From assembly GCA_949300115.1 (NCBI GenBank), contig CASGDD010000040.1, positions 1 to 56,298 of the forward strand: a stretch of 56,298 nucleotides of DNA. Direction: 5' to 3'. A model generated the notes under the pieces. The model searched no databases and was not told the DNA's origin. It worked only from the letters and a program-made list of their open reading frames with translations. Shown here in pieces: positions 27,760-37,579 of the stretch. The translations under genes and the position numbers were made by a program. Numbering within the stretch: the first letter of the stretch is position 1; every line of letters begins with the position of its first letter. This stretch comes from an uncultured Oscillospiraceae bacterium (GTDB taxonomy: Bacteria > Bacillota > Clostridia > Oscillospirales > Ruminococcaceae).

Positions 27760-28035
27760 ATGACCAAGTCCGATTTAATCAATAGCGTCGCTGCCAAAGC
27801 GGATATCTCCAAGAAGGATGCTGACAAGTATGTCAACACTGTTCTGGATGCGATCGTGGAAGCGCTGGCAGCAGGCGATAAGGTCCAGCTGGTCGGCTTT
27901 GGGACGTTCGAAGTTCGCGAGCGTGCCGAGCGGAAAGGCCGCAACCCCCGCACCAAGGAGGATATCGTGATCCCGGCGTCCAAGCTGCCCGTCTTCAAGG
28001 CCGGCAAGGGCATGAAGGACAGCATCTCGAAATAA
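27760..28035 (+). CDS. hup: HU family DNA-binding protein
   Basis: 91 aa. GFGTFEVRERAERKGRNPRT is the canonical HU arm. AAGGAGG RBS. Confidence 0.95.
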   Translation: MTKSDLINSVAAKADISKKDADKYVNTVLDAIVEALAAGDKVQLVGFGTFEVRERAERKGRNPRTKEDIVIPASKLPVFKAGKGMKDSISK

Positions 28036-28051
28036 GCGCAACAAACAAAAG

Positions 28052-28082
28052 CGGGCTGGTGGTTGGAACCGGCTCGTTTTTT
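28052..28082 (+). terminator. Intrinsic terminator after hup
   Basis: 8-bp stem (two G-U pairs), CGGGCTGG/CCGGCTCG, followed by TTTTTT. Confidence 0.7.
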
Positions 28083-28099
28083 CGTCAGGGAGGAATCCG

Positions 28100-28345
28100 A
28101 TGCGACTGGATAAATATCTCAAGGTTACCCGGCTGATCAAGCGCCGCACGGTTGCCAACGAAGCGTGCGACGCCGGCCGGATTCTGGTCAACGGCAAGGT
28201 GGCCCGCGCCTCCTATCCGATCAAGGAGGGGGATATCATCGAAATTGGGCTGGGGATGAAGCCGCTGACCGTCAAGGTGCTCAAGGTGACCGAGCACGCG
28301 ACCAAGGAGGACGCGGCTTCCGGCTACACCGTTCTCGAGGGCTAG
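28100..28345 (+). CDS. S4-domain RNA-binding protein (YabO-like)
   Basis: MRLDKYLKVTRLIKRR S4 motif, 81 aa. Confidence 0.85.
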   Translation: MRLDKYLKVTRLIKRRTVANEACDAGRILVNGKVARASYPIKEGDIIEIGLGMKPLTVKVLKVTEHATKEDAASGYTVLEG

Positions 28346-28411
28346 CACCGGTTTTGGAAGGGACGGTATACCGCCGGCCCGGCGGCCAGCCCTTATCCCG
28401 CGGCAAACGGC

Positions 28412-28440
28412 ACATATTGCCGGCGCCTCTCTCATACAAT
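28412..28440 (+). promoter_or_regulatory. Sigma-E-type mother-cell promoter for yabP-yabQ
   Basis: ACATATT, 14-nt spacer, CATACAAT. The -10 is a perfect match and the -35 has one mismatch to the recalled consensus ZHATAXX-14-CATACAHT. Ends 48 nt before the yabP ATG. Confidence 0.6.
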
Positions 28441-28488
28441 GCATCAAATGGATGACGGCGGACTGCCGGGGAGAGGAGCGCGTGCGCG

Positions 28489-28770
28489 ATGGCGGATGAA
28501 AAAAGGACGGTCAAGCTGCCCCACAATCTGATTCTCGAGGACCGGCGGCTGCTGACCATCACCGGTGTGGCGGATATCGACAGCTTTGATGAGCAGACGG
28601 TGGTGCTCTTCACCGACGTCGGGGAGCTGACCGTCAAGGGTGCCAACCTGCACATCAACAAGCTGTCGGTTGAGACGGGCGAGGTATCCATCGAGGGGGA
28701 GGTCGGCCTGCTCGCCTACGCGGAGGATCAGGGCCGTCCCGCCGGGTTGCTGGCGCGGCTGTTCCGCTGA
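28489..28770 (+). CDS. yabP: Sporulation protein YabP
   Basis: HNLILEDRRLLTITGV...SFDEQTVVLFTDVGELTVKG is the YabP signature. Confidence 0.9.
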   Translation: MADEKRTVKLPHNLILEDRRLLTITGVADIDSFDEQTVVLFTDVGELTVKGANLHINKLSVETGEVSIEGEVGLLAYAEDQGRPAGLLARLFR

Positions 28771-28778
28771 GTGCCGCG

Positions 28779-29318
28779 ATGGGCGTTACAATTGCGCAGC
28801 AGACCTGGCAGTTTTTTTCTGCCCTCCTCTTCGGCGCCGCGCTCGGGGTCTACTACGACCTCTTTCGCATCCTGCGGGTCGCCTTCCCGCCCGGGCGGGT
28901 GGTGGCGTTCGTCGAGGATCTGTTCTGGTGGGGCTCGGCGGGGGTGCTGACCGTGCTGTTCGGCATCGCCGGCCTCGGTGGGCAGCTGCGGCTCTTCGCT
29001 TTACTCGGCGAGGGGATCGGCTTTCTGCTCTACCACCTCACCATCGGGGCGGCGGTGATGCGCCTGGCCCGCTGGCTCATCGGGCTGATCTATGCCCTGC
29101 TGCGGCTGCTCTTCCGGCTGACATTGGCCCCGGTTTTTCGGTTGATTGGAAGATTGTGGCGATTTGTCGGCAGCTGTCTGCGGAAAATGGGGATTTTGGC
29201 GAAAAAAAGCCTCCGCAAACGCAAATTCCGCTTGAAACGGGATAGGGTTCTATTGTATAATTTACTTATCGGCAGTGGACAGGGAAAGAATGGTAAAGGA
29301 GTTGGGCCTCACTCGTGA
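28779..29318 (+). CDS. yabQ: Spore cortex biosynthesis protein YabQ
   Basis: Multi-TM protein with a YabQ-like start (QQTWQFFSALLFGAALGVYYDLFR), immediately after yabP. Confidence 0.8.
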   Translation: MGVTIAQQTWQFFSALLFGAALGVYYDLFRILRVAFPPGRVVAFVEDLFWWGSAGVLTVLFGIAGLGGQLRLFALLGEGIGFLLYHLTIGAAVMRLARWLIGLIYALLRLLFRLTLAPVFRLIGRLWRFVGSCLRKMGILAKKSLRKRKFRLKRDRVLLYNLLIGSGQGKNGKGVGPHS

Positions 29319-29581
29319 AAACCTTTATGCGGCTCGCCATCGTCTCGTTTACCGTCTATATGCTGATCACCATCATTGGGCTGCAGGCCGACATCCGCAA
29401 AAGCGAGACCCAGCTGGCCGAGCTGGAGGCGCAGGTTGCCGAGCAGCAGCTGGTCAACGACGGGATCGAACGCCTGATCGCGGATGGCAATGATGAGGAG
29501 AGCGCCGAGCGGATCGCCCGCGAAAAGCTCGGGTATGTCATGCCGGACGAAAAGGTGTACATCGATATGTCGGGGAAATAG
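29315..29581 (+). CDS. divIC: Septum formation initiator (DivIC/FtsB family)
   Basis: N-terminal TM, coiled coil and the C-terminal motif AREKLGYVMPDEKVY. GTG start overlaps the yabQ stop; an alternative ATG lies at 29327. Confidence 0.8.
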   Translation: MKTFMRLAIVSFTVYMLITIIGLQADIRKSETQLAELEAQVAEQQLVNDGIERLIADGNDEESAERIAREKLGYVMPDEKVYIDMSGK

Positions 29582-29623
29582 GCGCCCCGAACGAGATCAG
29601 CAAGGAGGACCTTTACGGGCGAT

Positions 29624-30076
29624 ATGCAGCTAGAGGTAGGAAACATTCTGGAGGGTAAAGTAACCGGCATCACCAAGTTCGGCGCCTTTGTCGAGCTGCC
29701 CGGCGGCAAAACGGGCATGGTGCACATCTCCGAGGTCGCGTCGACCTATGTCAAGGAAATCAAGGATTTTGTCAAGGAGAACGAGGTCGTAAAGGTCAAG
29801 ATCCTCTCGATCGGGCCGGACGGCAAAATCGGTCTGTCGATCAAGCAGGCCCAGCCACAGCCGGCACCGCAGCCGGGCGGCGGCCGCAAACCGTCGGGTC
29901 CGCGTCCCCCGCGTTCGGGCGGCGGACGTGGTTGGGTGGGGCAGCGCCCCCAGGCCCAGCCGCAGACCTTTGAGGACATGCTCACCCGCTTTAAACAGGC
30001 GAGTGACGAGAAGATGAGCGACCTGCGGCGCGGCAACGAGCCCCGGCGGACCTCCCGCCGCGGCGGCAATCGATAG
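29624..30076 (+). CDS. S1-domain RNA-binding protein (YabR-like)
   Basis: GKVTGITKFGAFVELPGGKTGMVHISE S1 motif, followed by a Gly/Arg/Pro-rich tail. Confidence 0.85.
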   Translation: MQLEVGNILEGKVTGITKFGAFVELPGGKTGMVHISEVASTYVKEIKDFVKENEVVKVKILSIGPDGKIGLSIKQAQPQPAPQPGGGRKPSGPRPPRSGGGRGWVGQRPQAQPQTFEDMLTRFKQASDEKMSDLRRGNEPRRTSRRGGNR

Positions 30077-30087
30077 TCGAACAGAGG

Positions 30088-30126
30088 AAAAGCACAACGT
30101 ACCGGACGGGACGCTGTGCTTTTTTG
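30088..30126 (+). terminator. Intrinsic terminator after the S1-domain gene
   Basis: GCACAACG/CGCTGTGC stem (one mismatch) flanked by an A-run and TTTTTT. Confidence 0.65.
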
Positions 30127-30195
30127 TATGCGCGTGGACATGGTTCGGTCACAATGTACCGTGAAAAAGTACAAAAAGCCTATACAACTTGTCCA

Positions 30196-30224
30196 TTTAC
30201 ATTTGTCACAATCGATGGTATAAT
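30196..30224 (+). promoter_or_regulatory. Sigma-A promoter (TTTACA-17-TGgTATAAT) for hpf
   Basis: TTTACA, 17-nt spacer ending in an extended -10 TG, then a perfect TATAAT. Confidence 0.65.
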
Positions 30225-30312
30225 ACGGATAAGATTTTTAGATGATCTACCCAAGCGTCGTCCACACCCCGGTGTCCCACAGCCGGGAGATCCAATAGAA
30301 AGGGCTGATCCT

Positions 30313-30837
30313 ATGAATATCACGATTACCGGGCGCAAAGTTTCGATTCGAGACTCCTTCCGGGAGAGAACCGAGAAAAAGCTGCAGAAGCTCGACCGGT
30401 TCTTCTCCTCCGACGCCAACGCATTCGTGACCGCGACGATGGAAAAGGATCGTTTTACCGTGGAAATTACCATCCGGTCGCAGGGCATGATTTTCCGGGC
30501 GGAAAAATCGGCCGACGAGATGCTGGAGGCGTTGGAGAGCGCGTGTGATGTCATTGCCCGTCAGATCGTCAAGAATAAATCCAAGCTGGAGACCAAGTAT
30601 CATGCGAACACCTCGTATGATGCCTTCGGGTTGGAAGAGGTGGACCCCGAGAATTATGAGGTCGTCAAGACCAAACGCTTCGGTGTCAAGCCGATGGATG
30701 TCGAGGAAGCCATCCTGCAGATGAATCTGATGGGACACGCCTTCTTTATGTTCCGCGACATGGCGACCAACGAGATCAACGTGGTCTACCGCCGCAAGGA
30801 CGGCCACTATGGTCTGCTCGAGCCGAGCGAGGAATAG
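30313..30837 (+). CDS. hpf: Ribosome hibernation promoting factor (long HPF)
   Basis: MNITITGRK start, RaiA-like N-domain and the dimerising C-domain (KRFGVKPMDVEEAILQMNLMGHAFFMFR). Confidence 0.95.
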   Translation: MNITITGRKVSIRDSFRERTEKKLQKLDRFFSSDANAFVTATMEKDRFTVEITIRSQGMIFRAEKSADEMLEALESACDVIARQIVKNKSKLETKYHANTSYDAFGLEEVDPENYEVVKTKRFGVKPMDVEEAILQMNLMGHAFFMFRDMATNEINVVYRRKDGHYGLLEPSEE

Positions 30838-30876
30838 CGAAAGCCGGGCCGGGATTGGCTGAGAATAGAACAATCG

Positions 30877-30905
30877 GGGGACCGCCTTTGGGGCGGTCCC
30901 CTTTT
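30877..30905 (+). terminator. Intrinsic terminator after hpf
   Basis: Perfect 10-bp stem GGGGACCGCC/GGCGGTCCCC, 5-nt loop, TTTT. Confidence 0.75.
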
Positions 30906-30950
30906 GGTGTGGGGAGATCGGTCGAATCGGCGCTTTTTCCGGGCGGGAAA

Positions 30951-30979
30951 TTGACGGCTTCTTTTTTGTCGGGTATAAT
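30951..30979 (+). promoter_or_regulatory. Sigma-A promoter (TTGACG-17-TATAAT)
   Basis: Near-consensus boxes with a 17-nt spacer, 52 nt upstream of the methyltransferase ATG. Confidence 0.7.
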
Positions 30980-31030
30980 AAAGAATCAGAAACCGGTGGC
31001 AACCGGGAACGCAGAAGGAGGAATGGCGGT

Positions 31031-32194
31031 ATGTCCGACCGGCTGACGCTGGCAGCGCCCTGCCTGTTCGGTCTCGAGAGTGTGCTTGCGGGGGAGATGC
31101 GGCGGCTGGGAATGCAGGATGTCGCCGCCCGGGATGGCCGGGTGACCTGCAAGGGGACGCTCGCCGATGCCTTCCGGCTCAATCTCCAGCTGCGAACCGC
31201 CGAGCGGGTGCTCATCGATCTCGCGAGCTTTGAGGCGAAGAGCTTTGAGGCGCTTTTTCAGGGGGTGAAGGCCGTCCCCTGGGAGGATTTTATCGGATCG
31301 TCCGACGCCTTCCCGGTCAAGGGTTGGTCGCTCCATTCGGTTCTGCACAGCGTGCCCGACTGCCAGTCGATCGTCAAAAAAGCGGTCGTCGAGCGGCTGC
31401 GGCGCTGCTATCCGGTTGAATGGTTTGAGGAGACCGGCCCGGTCCGCCAGATCCAGTTTGCCATCCACAAGGATCAGGTGACCCTCTCGCTCGACACCTC
31501 CGGTCCCGGATTGCACAAGCGGGGCTACCGGCAGCTGTCGGCCGAGGCGCCGATCAAGGAGACGCTGGCCGCCGGCATCGTCGACCTCGCCCATGTACGA
31601 GGGGATACGGTGGTCTGCGATCCTTTCTGTGGTTCGGGGACGCTGGTCATCGAGGCGGCGCTCCATGCGCTGCGCATCCCGCCGGGGATCGGCCGCCGCT
31701 TCCAGCTGGAGCGGTGGGGGCAGCTCCCCCAGAAGGAGCTGGAGGGGATTCGCCAGGAGGCGATCGCGGGGGTGCGCAGGGACGCGGGCTTCGCCGGCTA
31801 TGCGAGCGATATCGATGAAGCCGCCGTGCGGCTGACGCGGGAGAATGCCGCCAAGGCGGGGATCGTCTCCCGGCTGACCGTCTGGAAGGCGGATATCGCC
31901 GATTTTCTGCCGCCCCGGACGCCGGCGACCATCCTCTGCAATCCGCCCTATGGCGAACGGCTGATGGACGTCGAACAGGCGCGGGCACTCTATCGGACGA
32001 TGGGCCGGGTGCTCGACCGGGAGGATGTCAGCCTCTATGTCATCACCCCCGACGAGGAATTTGAGAGGATTTTCGGCCGGCCGGCCACCCGGCGCCGCAA
32101 GCTGTACAACGGGATGATCCGGTGTCAGCTGTATATGTATTTTGCCGCCGGCGGCAAAAACCGTCCAACCGGGCGGGAAAGATCCGCGCGATGA
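31031..32194 (+). CDS. THUMP-domain class I SAM-dependent RNA methyltransferase (RlmL/YpsC-like)
   Basis: N-terminal THUMP-like region, SAM motif DPFCGSGT and catalytic motif NPPYGERL. Confidence 0.85.
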   Translation: MSDRLTLAAPCLFGLESVLAGEMRRLGMQDVAARDGRVTCKGTLADAFRLNLQLRTAERVLIDLASFEAKSFEALFQGVKAVPWEDFIGSSDAFPVKGWSLHSVLHSVPDCQSIVKKAVVERLRRCYPVEWFEETGPVRQIQFAIHKDQVTLSLDTSGPGLHKRGYRQLSAEAPIKETLAAGIVDLAHVRGDTVVCDPFCGSGTLVIEAALHALRIPPGIGRRFQLERWGQLPQKELEGIRQEAIAGVRRDAGFAGYASDIDEAAVRLTRENAAKAGIVSRLTVWKADIADFLPPRTPATILCNPPYGERLMDVEQARALYRTMGRVLDREDVSLYVITPDEEFERIFGRPATRRRKLYNGMIRCQLYMYFAAGGKNRPTGRERSAR

Positions 32195-32241
32195 TGGGCC
32201 GCAGGCCGGATTTTCAGTACAGTGGATGAGGAGTGGAGAAG

Positions 32242-32844
32242 ATGCGTAAAACGGTATCCCTGATGGTGGCGTTGGCCCTGGTGCTGCTGGCGATGGCCGG
32301 CTGCCAGAGTCTGCCCGACCCCTCCGAGACGGTAACCGCCTTCTTTGAGGGGGTCAAGGCCTACGATTATGAGGCCATCGCGGCAACCCTCGGCGGTGGA
32401 ACGACGGCGGAAGATATCCAGGCGGCCATCGGCGGCGAGCTCAATCGCGCGCTGCTCGGCCCGGTCTATGAGAGGATGAGCTATCAGCTGGGTGAAGCGA
32501 CGATCGACGGCGATGCCCAGACGGCGACCCTGCCGGTCACGGTCACCTATCCCGACCTCGGGGTCATCTTTGCCGACAGCTACACCGAGACCCTCGAGCC
32601 GCTCGTCGATCGGGCGCTGGAGGGGGAGAGTACCTCCGAGGAGGAGGTCGAACAGCTGTTGATCGAGGGGGTAACTGCCGGCATCGAGGCGGCCGATGCG
32701 CCGATGCGTTCGGATGAGCTTGTGCTGGATCTGATCTATGCCGAGGAGAACGGCTGGGGCATTCTGGTCGGCGAGCCGCTGATTGGGGTGCTGACCGGTC
32801 AGATCCAGTCGGTATTCGGCGATATGAACGAAGCGGCGGCCTAA
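32242..32844 (+). CDS. Putative lipoprotein, unknown function
   Basis: Signal peptide with lipobox LAMAGC. ATG at 32242 has a GAGGAG RBS. Confidence 0.6.
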   Translation: MRKTVSLMVALALVLLAMAGCQSLPDPSETVTAFFEGVKAYDYEAIAATLGGGTTAEDIQAAIGGELNRALLGPVYERMSYQLGEATIDGDAQTATLPVTVTYPDLGVIFADSYTETLEPLVDRALEGESTSEEEVEQLLIEGVTAGIEAADAPMRSDELVLDLIYAEENGWGILVGEPLIGVLTGQIQSVFGDMNEAAA

Positions 32845-32964
32845 ATTTTGGCCATCCAATTGCTTGCGAGTTTGGATAATCTTGGGTATCCTTATAAAAA
32901 GGGCTTTCTGTCCCGCCTCTCCGATGGCGGGCAGGATTTCTGACTCGGAAGGTGAGGTGGCGAG

Positions 32965-33483
32965 ATGTTGACCATTCGAATCGAGCGGCCGGAAGATCAC
33001 AACCGTGTCCGCGCGATCAACGACCTGGCATTCGGCCGAACCCAGGAGGGGGCCTTTGTCCGTACCCTGCTGGAAAATCCCGGCGACGGCTGGCATCTGT
33101 CCTTCGTGGCGGAGGACGACAGCGGTGTGGTGGGCCATCTGCTTCTTTCCCATGTAACCGTCGGCGAGGGGGCAGAGGCGCATGACGCGGTGCTGTTCGG
33201 GCCGCACAGCGTCCTGCCCGGCTGTCAGCGGCAGGGAATTGGCGCCGCGCTGATCCGGCGGGCGATGGATTACGCCGAGGAACAGGGGGAGCGCATCTTC
33301 CTGGCGGTGGGCGCGGCGGACTACTACACCCGCTTCGGCTTTGAACCCGCCAGCCGCTATGGCATCCATCCGCCCGAAGCGTCGCCCGATGGGACCTTCC
33401 TCGTGCGGTTTGCCGATCGGGCGGGCTGTGCGGCGGTTCGGGGGGCGGCCAACTACCCACCCATGCTGCGACGCGAGCAATAA
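32965..33483 (+). CDS. GNAT family N-acetyltransferase
   Basis: Acetyl-CoA-binding motif QRQGIGAALIRRAMDYAEEQG and an overall GNAT layout. Confidence 0.8.
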   Translation: MLTIRIERPEDHNRVRAINDLAFGRTQEGAFVRTLLENPGDGWHLSFVAEDDSGVVGHLLLSHVTVGEGAEAHDAVLFGPHSVLPGCQRQGIGAALIRRAMDYAEEQGERIFLAVGAADYYTRFGFEPASRYGIHPPEASPDGTFLVRFADRAGCAAVRGAANYPPMLRREQ

Positions 33484-33502
33484 TATCCAAAATATTTGGA
33501 AT

Positions 33503-33566
33503 ATCAAGGCGCATCTTGTTCAATCCTAACAAAGATGGATTTTGTAACAAGATGCGCTTGATTTTT
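33503..33566 (+). terminator. Long AT-rich hairpin plus T-run: terminator of the GNAT gene, overlapping the groES -35
   Basis: ATCAAGGCGCATCTTGTT ... AACAAGATGCGCTTGAT (one bulged G), with inner AATCC/GGATT pairing, followed by TTTT. Confidence 0.5.
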
Positions 33567-33585
33567 CGGGAAATTTAGTTACAAT
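33558..33585 (+). promoter_or_regulatory. Sigma-A promoter (TTGATT-16-TACAAT) of groES-groEL
   Basis: The boxes lie immediately upstream of the CIRCE operator. Confidence 0.75.
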
Positions 33586-33590
33586 AAATC

Positions 33591-33940
<350 letters not shown>

Positions 33941-34011
33941 AACCGCAGAGCATAAGCTTTCCATTCCCGATAGATTGGTTTTCATGTTGCGAGAAGATAT
34001 AGGAGGCATAG

Positions 34012-35643
<1,632 letters not shown>

Positions 35644-35694
35644 AAAATAGGGCGAACAGACGCGGCATAGCACCTGCTCTGTTCGGGCAAATCG

Positions 35695-35724
35695 ATCCGG
35701 CATCCGGTAGGATGCCGGATTTTT
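35695..35724 (+). terminator. Intrinsic terminator after groEL
   Basis: Perfect 11-bp stem ATCCGGCATCC/GGATGCCGGAT, GGTA loop, TTTT. Confidence 0.85.
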
Positions 35725-35790
35725 GCGCTTTGATGGACAGATTCCCAGGCGGGAGGCGCCGGCAAAACGGTCGCGTTCGGCGGATGATTG

Positions 35791-35799
35791 TGGTACAAT
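35791..35799 (+). promoter_or_regulatory. Extended -10 element (TGgTACAAT)
   Basis: Lies 62 nt upstream of the ATG at 35861. I found no good -35. Confidence 0.4.
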
Positions 35800-35860
35800 A
35801 AAAAGAAAGATGCGCAGCCAAATGGCCATCACGGCGGCGTGATTCGATGGGGGTGAGCGG

Positions 35861-36547
35861 ATGGATCGACAGGTGGATCTTCCTCAGGCAAGCAGTTGGC
35901 AGCAGCTGCGCGAGCGGATAAGCAGGATCGGGTTTTTGCCGCTTTTTCAAAACGAGCTGCGGGGTTTTTCGGCGGAAGAATTGACCCGGGACTGCGGCTG
36001 GTGGACGGGGGATCCCGACGGGGACCCCTGGTATTGGCGGGAGCGTCTGGCGCGCAGCGGCGAGGTGGCCTATGGCAAGTTCTTTCACGGCAAGGCGGGT
36101 TTTGTCAGCCTGGACTGGCTGCCGCGGTTTGCCAACTACCGCCGGGATGGCTATGACTTCGACGCACGCTGGGAGGATGGACTGGCGAGCGTGCGGGAGA
36201 AGAAAATCCTCGATTGCTTTGCGCTCCAGCCGGAATGGATCGGCATGCAACTGAAGCGGCAGGCCGGTTTCGGCGGGGAGGGGGAAAGGAATTTCCACGG
36301 CGTTCTCACCCAGCTGCAGATGCAGACCTATCTGGTCATCCGCGACTTCCGCTGCAAGACGGGCAGGCGCGGACAGCCGTACGGCATGCCGGTTGCGGTC
36401 TATGCGCGCCCGGAGGATCTTTGGGGCTACGACCGGGTGACCGCCGCCTATGCGGAGGATCCGGCGGCATCACGGGAGGCGATCTGGACGCAGGTTGGCC
36501 GCTTCTTTCCCGAAGCGGAGGAGACCCAGCTGCGGCGGCTGTTGTAG
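35861..36547 (+). CDS. Conserved uncharacterised protein; possibly the short AlkZ-related/winged-helix family (recollection only)
   Basis: 228-aa ORF with coding-like composition. The Trp-rich motifs (DPWYWRERL, AYGKFFHGKAGFVSLDW, NYRRDGYDFD) are ones I recall from proteins annotated as AlkZ-related. Not verifiable here. Confidence 0.55.
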   Translation: MDRQVDLPQASSWQQLRERISRIGFLPLFQNELRGFSAEELTRDCGWWTGDPDGDPWYWRERLARSGEVAYGKFFHGKAGFVSLDWLPRFANYRRDGYDFDARWEDGLASVREKKILDCFALQPEWIGMQLKRQAGFGGEGERNFHGVLTQLQMQTYLVIRDFRCKTGRRGQPYGMPVAVYARPEDLWGYDRVTAAYAEDPAASREAIWTQVGRFFPEAEETQLRRLL

Positions 36548-36631
36548 CGCGCCGCATCAAAAAGCCTTCCGTGTCTATTTTTTGAAGACAGCAGGCCGGC
36601 AGGAAACTGTCCAGAGCGACCGCCCGGTCGA

Positions 36632-36660
36632 TTGACGAATCGGGCAAAATCATATACAAT
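36632..36660 (+). promoter_or_regulatory. Sigma-A promoter (TTGACG-17-TACAAT) of the Rpn-family gene
   Basis: Near-consensus boxes. It occupies the first 29 nt of the ORF-track ORF, so the real start must lie downstream. Confidence 0.7.
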
Positions 36661-36679
36661 AAAGCTGGGAGGGAAGCCT

Positions 36680-37495
36680 GTGGATGCAGTAGAACGGCGC
36701 CGGCGAATCCTTGCGCGGATCCAGGAGTTCCGCCTGATCGACGATACCTTTATGACGGTGGTGTTTAAGGATCGGGCCTGTACCGAGCTGCTCATCCGCT
36801 GTCTGCTCGAAAGGGAAGATCTGCGGGTTGTGGAGGTCCATAGCCAGCGCGATCTGAAAAATCTGTGGGGACGGTCGGTGCGGCTGGATATTCTGGCGGT
36901 GGACGATACCGGAGCCCTGTATAATATCGAGGTGCAGCGCGCCGATCAGGGGGCGTCACGCAAACGTGCGCGCTACAACAGCAGTCTGCTCGATGCGCAT
37001 ATCGCCGAACCGGGAGAGGCGTATGAGGTGTTGGCGGAAACCTATGTCATCTTCATCACCGAACAGGATTATTTTGGGCGGGGTTTGCCGCTCTACCATA
37101 TCGAACGGGTGGTGAAGGAGACCGGCGAATGGTTTGCCGATGAGGAGCACATCCTGTATGTGAACGGACAATACCGCGGAAAGGACGCTGTCGGAGCCCT
37201 GATGCACGATTTCTTCTGCAGGGACCCCGAAAAGATGCAGCACGCGCTATTGGCGGAGAGTGTTCGTTACTACAAAACCGATCGGGAAGGGGTGGAATCG
37301 ATGTGCAGAATTTCGGAAGAGATTTGGAAGGAAGGCCGCGCAGAAGGCCGCGCGGAGGGCCGTGCGGAGGGTAAAGCGGAAGCGGTGAAAGCACTGATGG
37401 ACAGCCTGCATTTCACCTTTATTCAGGCATGCGACAGCCTGCAAGTGCCCCAGGACGACCGTGCGGCGATTCGGAAGATGCTCCATCTGTCCTGA
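36680..37495 (+). CDS. Rpn-family recombination-promoting nuclease / putative transposase (PD-(D/E)XK)
   Basis: GTG start with a GGGAGG RBS downstream of the promoter. Core RLDILAVDDTGALYNIEVQ...KRARYN matches the PD-(D/E)XK D...ExQ/K pattern of the family. The C-terminal EGRA repeats resemble the EKGIEKG-type repeats of E. coli Rpn proteins. Confidence 0.7.
   Translation: MDAVERRRRILARIQEFRLIDDTFMTVVFKDRACTELLIRCLLEREDLRVVEVHSQRDLKNLWGRSVRLDILAVDDTGALYNIEVQRADQGASRKRARYNSSLLDAHIAEPGEAYEVLAETYVIFITEQDYFGRGLPLYHIERVVKETGEWFADEEHILYVNGQYRGKDAVGALMHDFFCRDPEKMQHALLAESVRYYKTDREGVESMCRISEEIWKEGRAEGRAEGRAEGKAEAVKALMDSLHFTFIQACDSLQVPQDDRAAIRKMLHLS
37331..37378 (+). repeat. Four tandem 12-nt units encoding (EGRA)x3-EGKA inside the Rpn-family CDS
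   Basis: GAAGGCCGCGCA / GAAGGCCGCGCG / GAGGGCCGTGCG / GAGGGTAAAGCG, in frame. Confidence 0.9.
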
Positions 37496-37579
37496 CGGCT
37501 GCCGGTTTTGCGGAAACGAAGGGGCTGTCTGCGGAAGAAAAATGGGGGCGCATGGATTGTCCCCTCGCGAGGTGAGCCT

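Noticed and set aside
30124-30312. The upstream extension of the hpf ORF (237 aa in the track).
   Set aside because: The extension contains the preceding gene's terminator T-run and the TTTACA-17-TATAAT promoter. HPF families start MNIxIxGR, which is exactly what follows the ATG at 30313.
36632-36679. The ORF-track start of the Rpn-family gene at 36632.
   Set aside because: Those codons are the -35/-10 promoter boxes themselves. The first start codon downstream of the predicted TSS with an RBS is the GTG at 36680.
37331-37378. The tandem repeat as a CRISPR-like or VNTR element.
   Set aside because: The units are 12 nt, contiguous with no spacers, in frame and inside a CDS. It is a peptide repeat, not a CRISPR array.
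36548-37579. The Rpn-family gene as a bounded mobile element (IS or transposon).
   Set aside because: I found no terminal inverted repeats or target-site duplication in the flanks; only a 7-nt CCGGCAG coincidence. The family is called a putative transposase by annotation habit, and no mobility evidence exists here.
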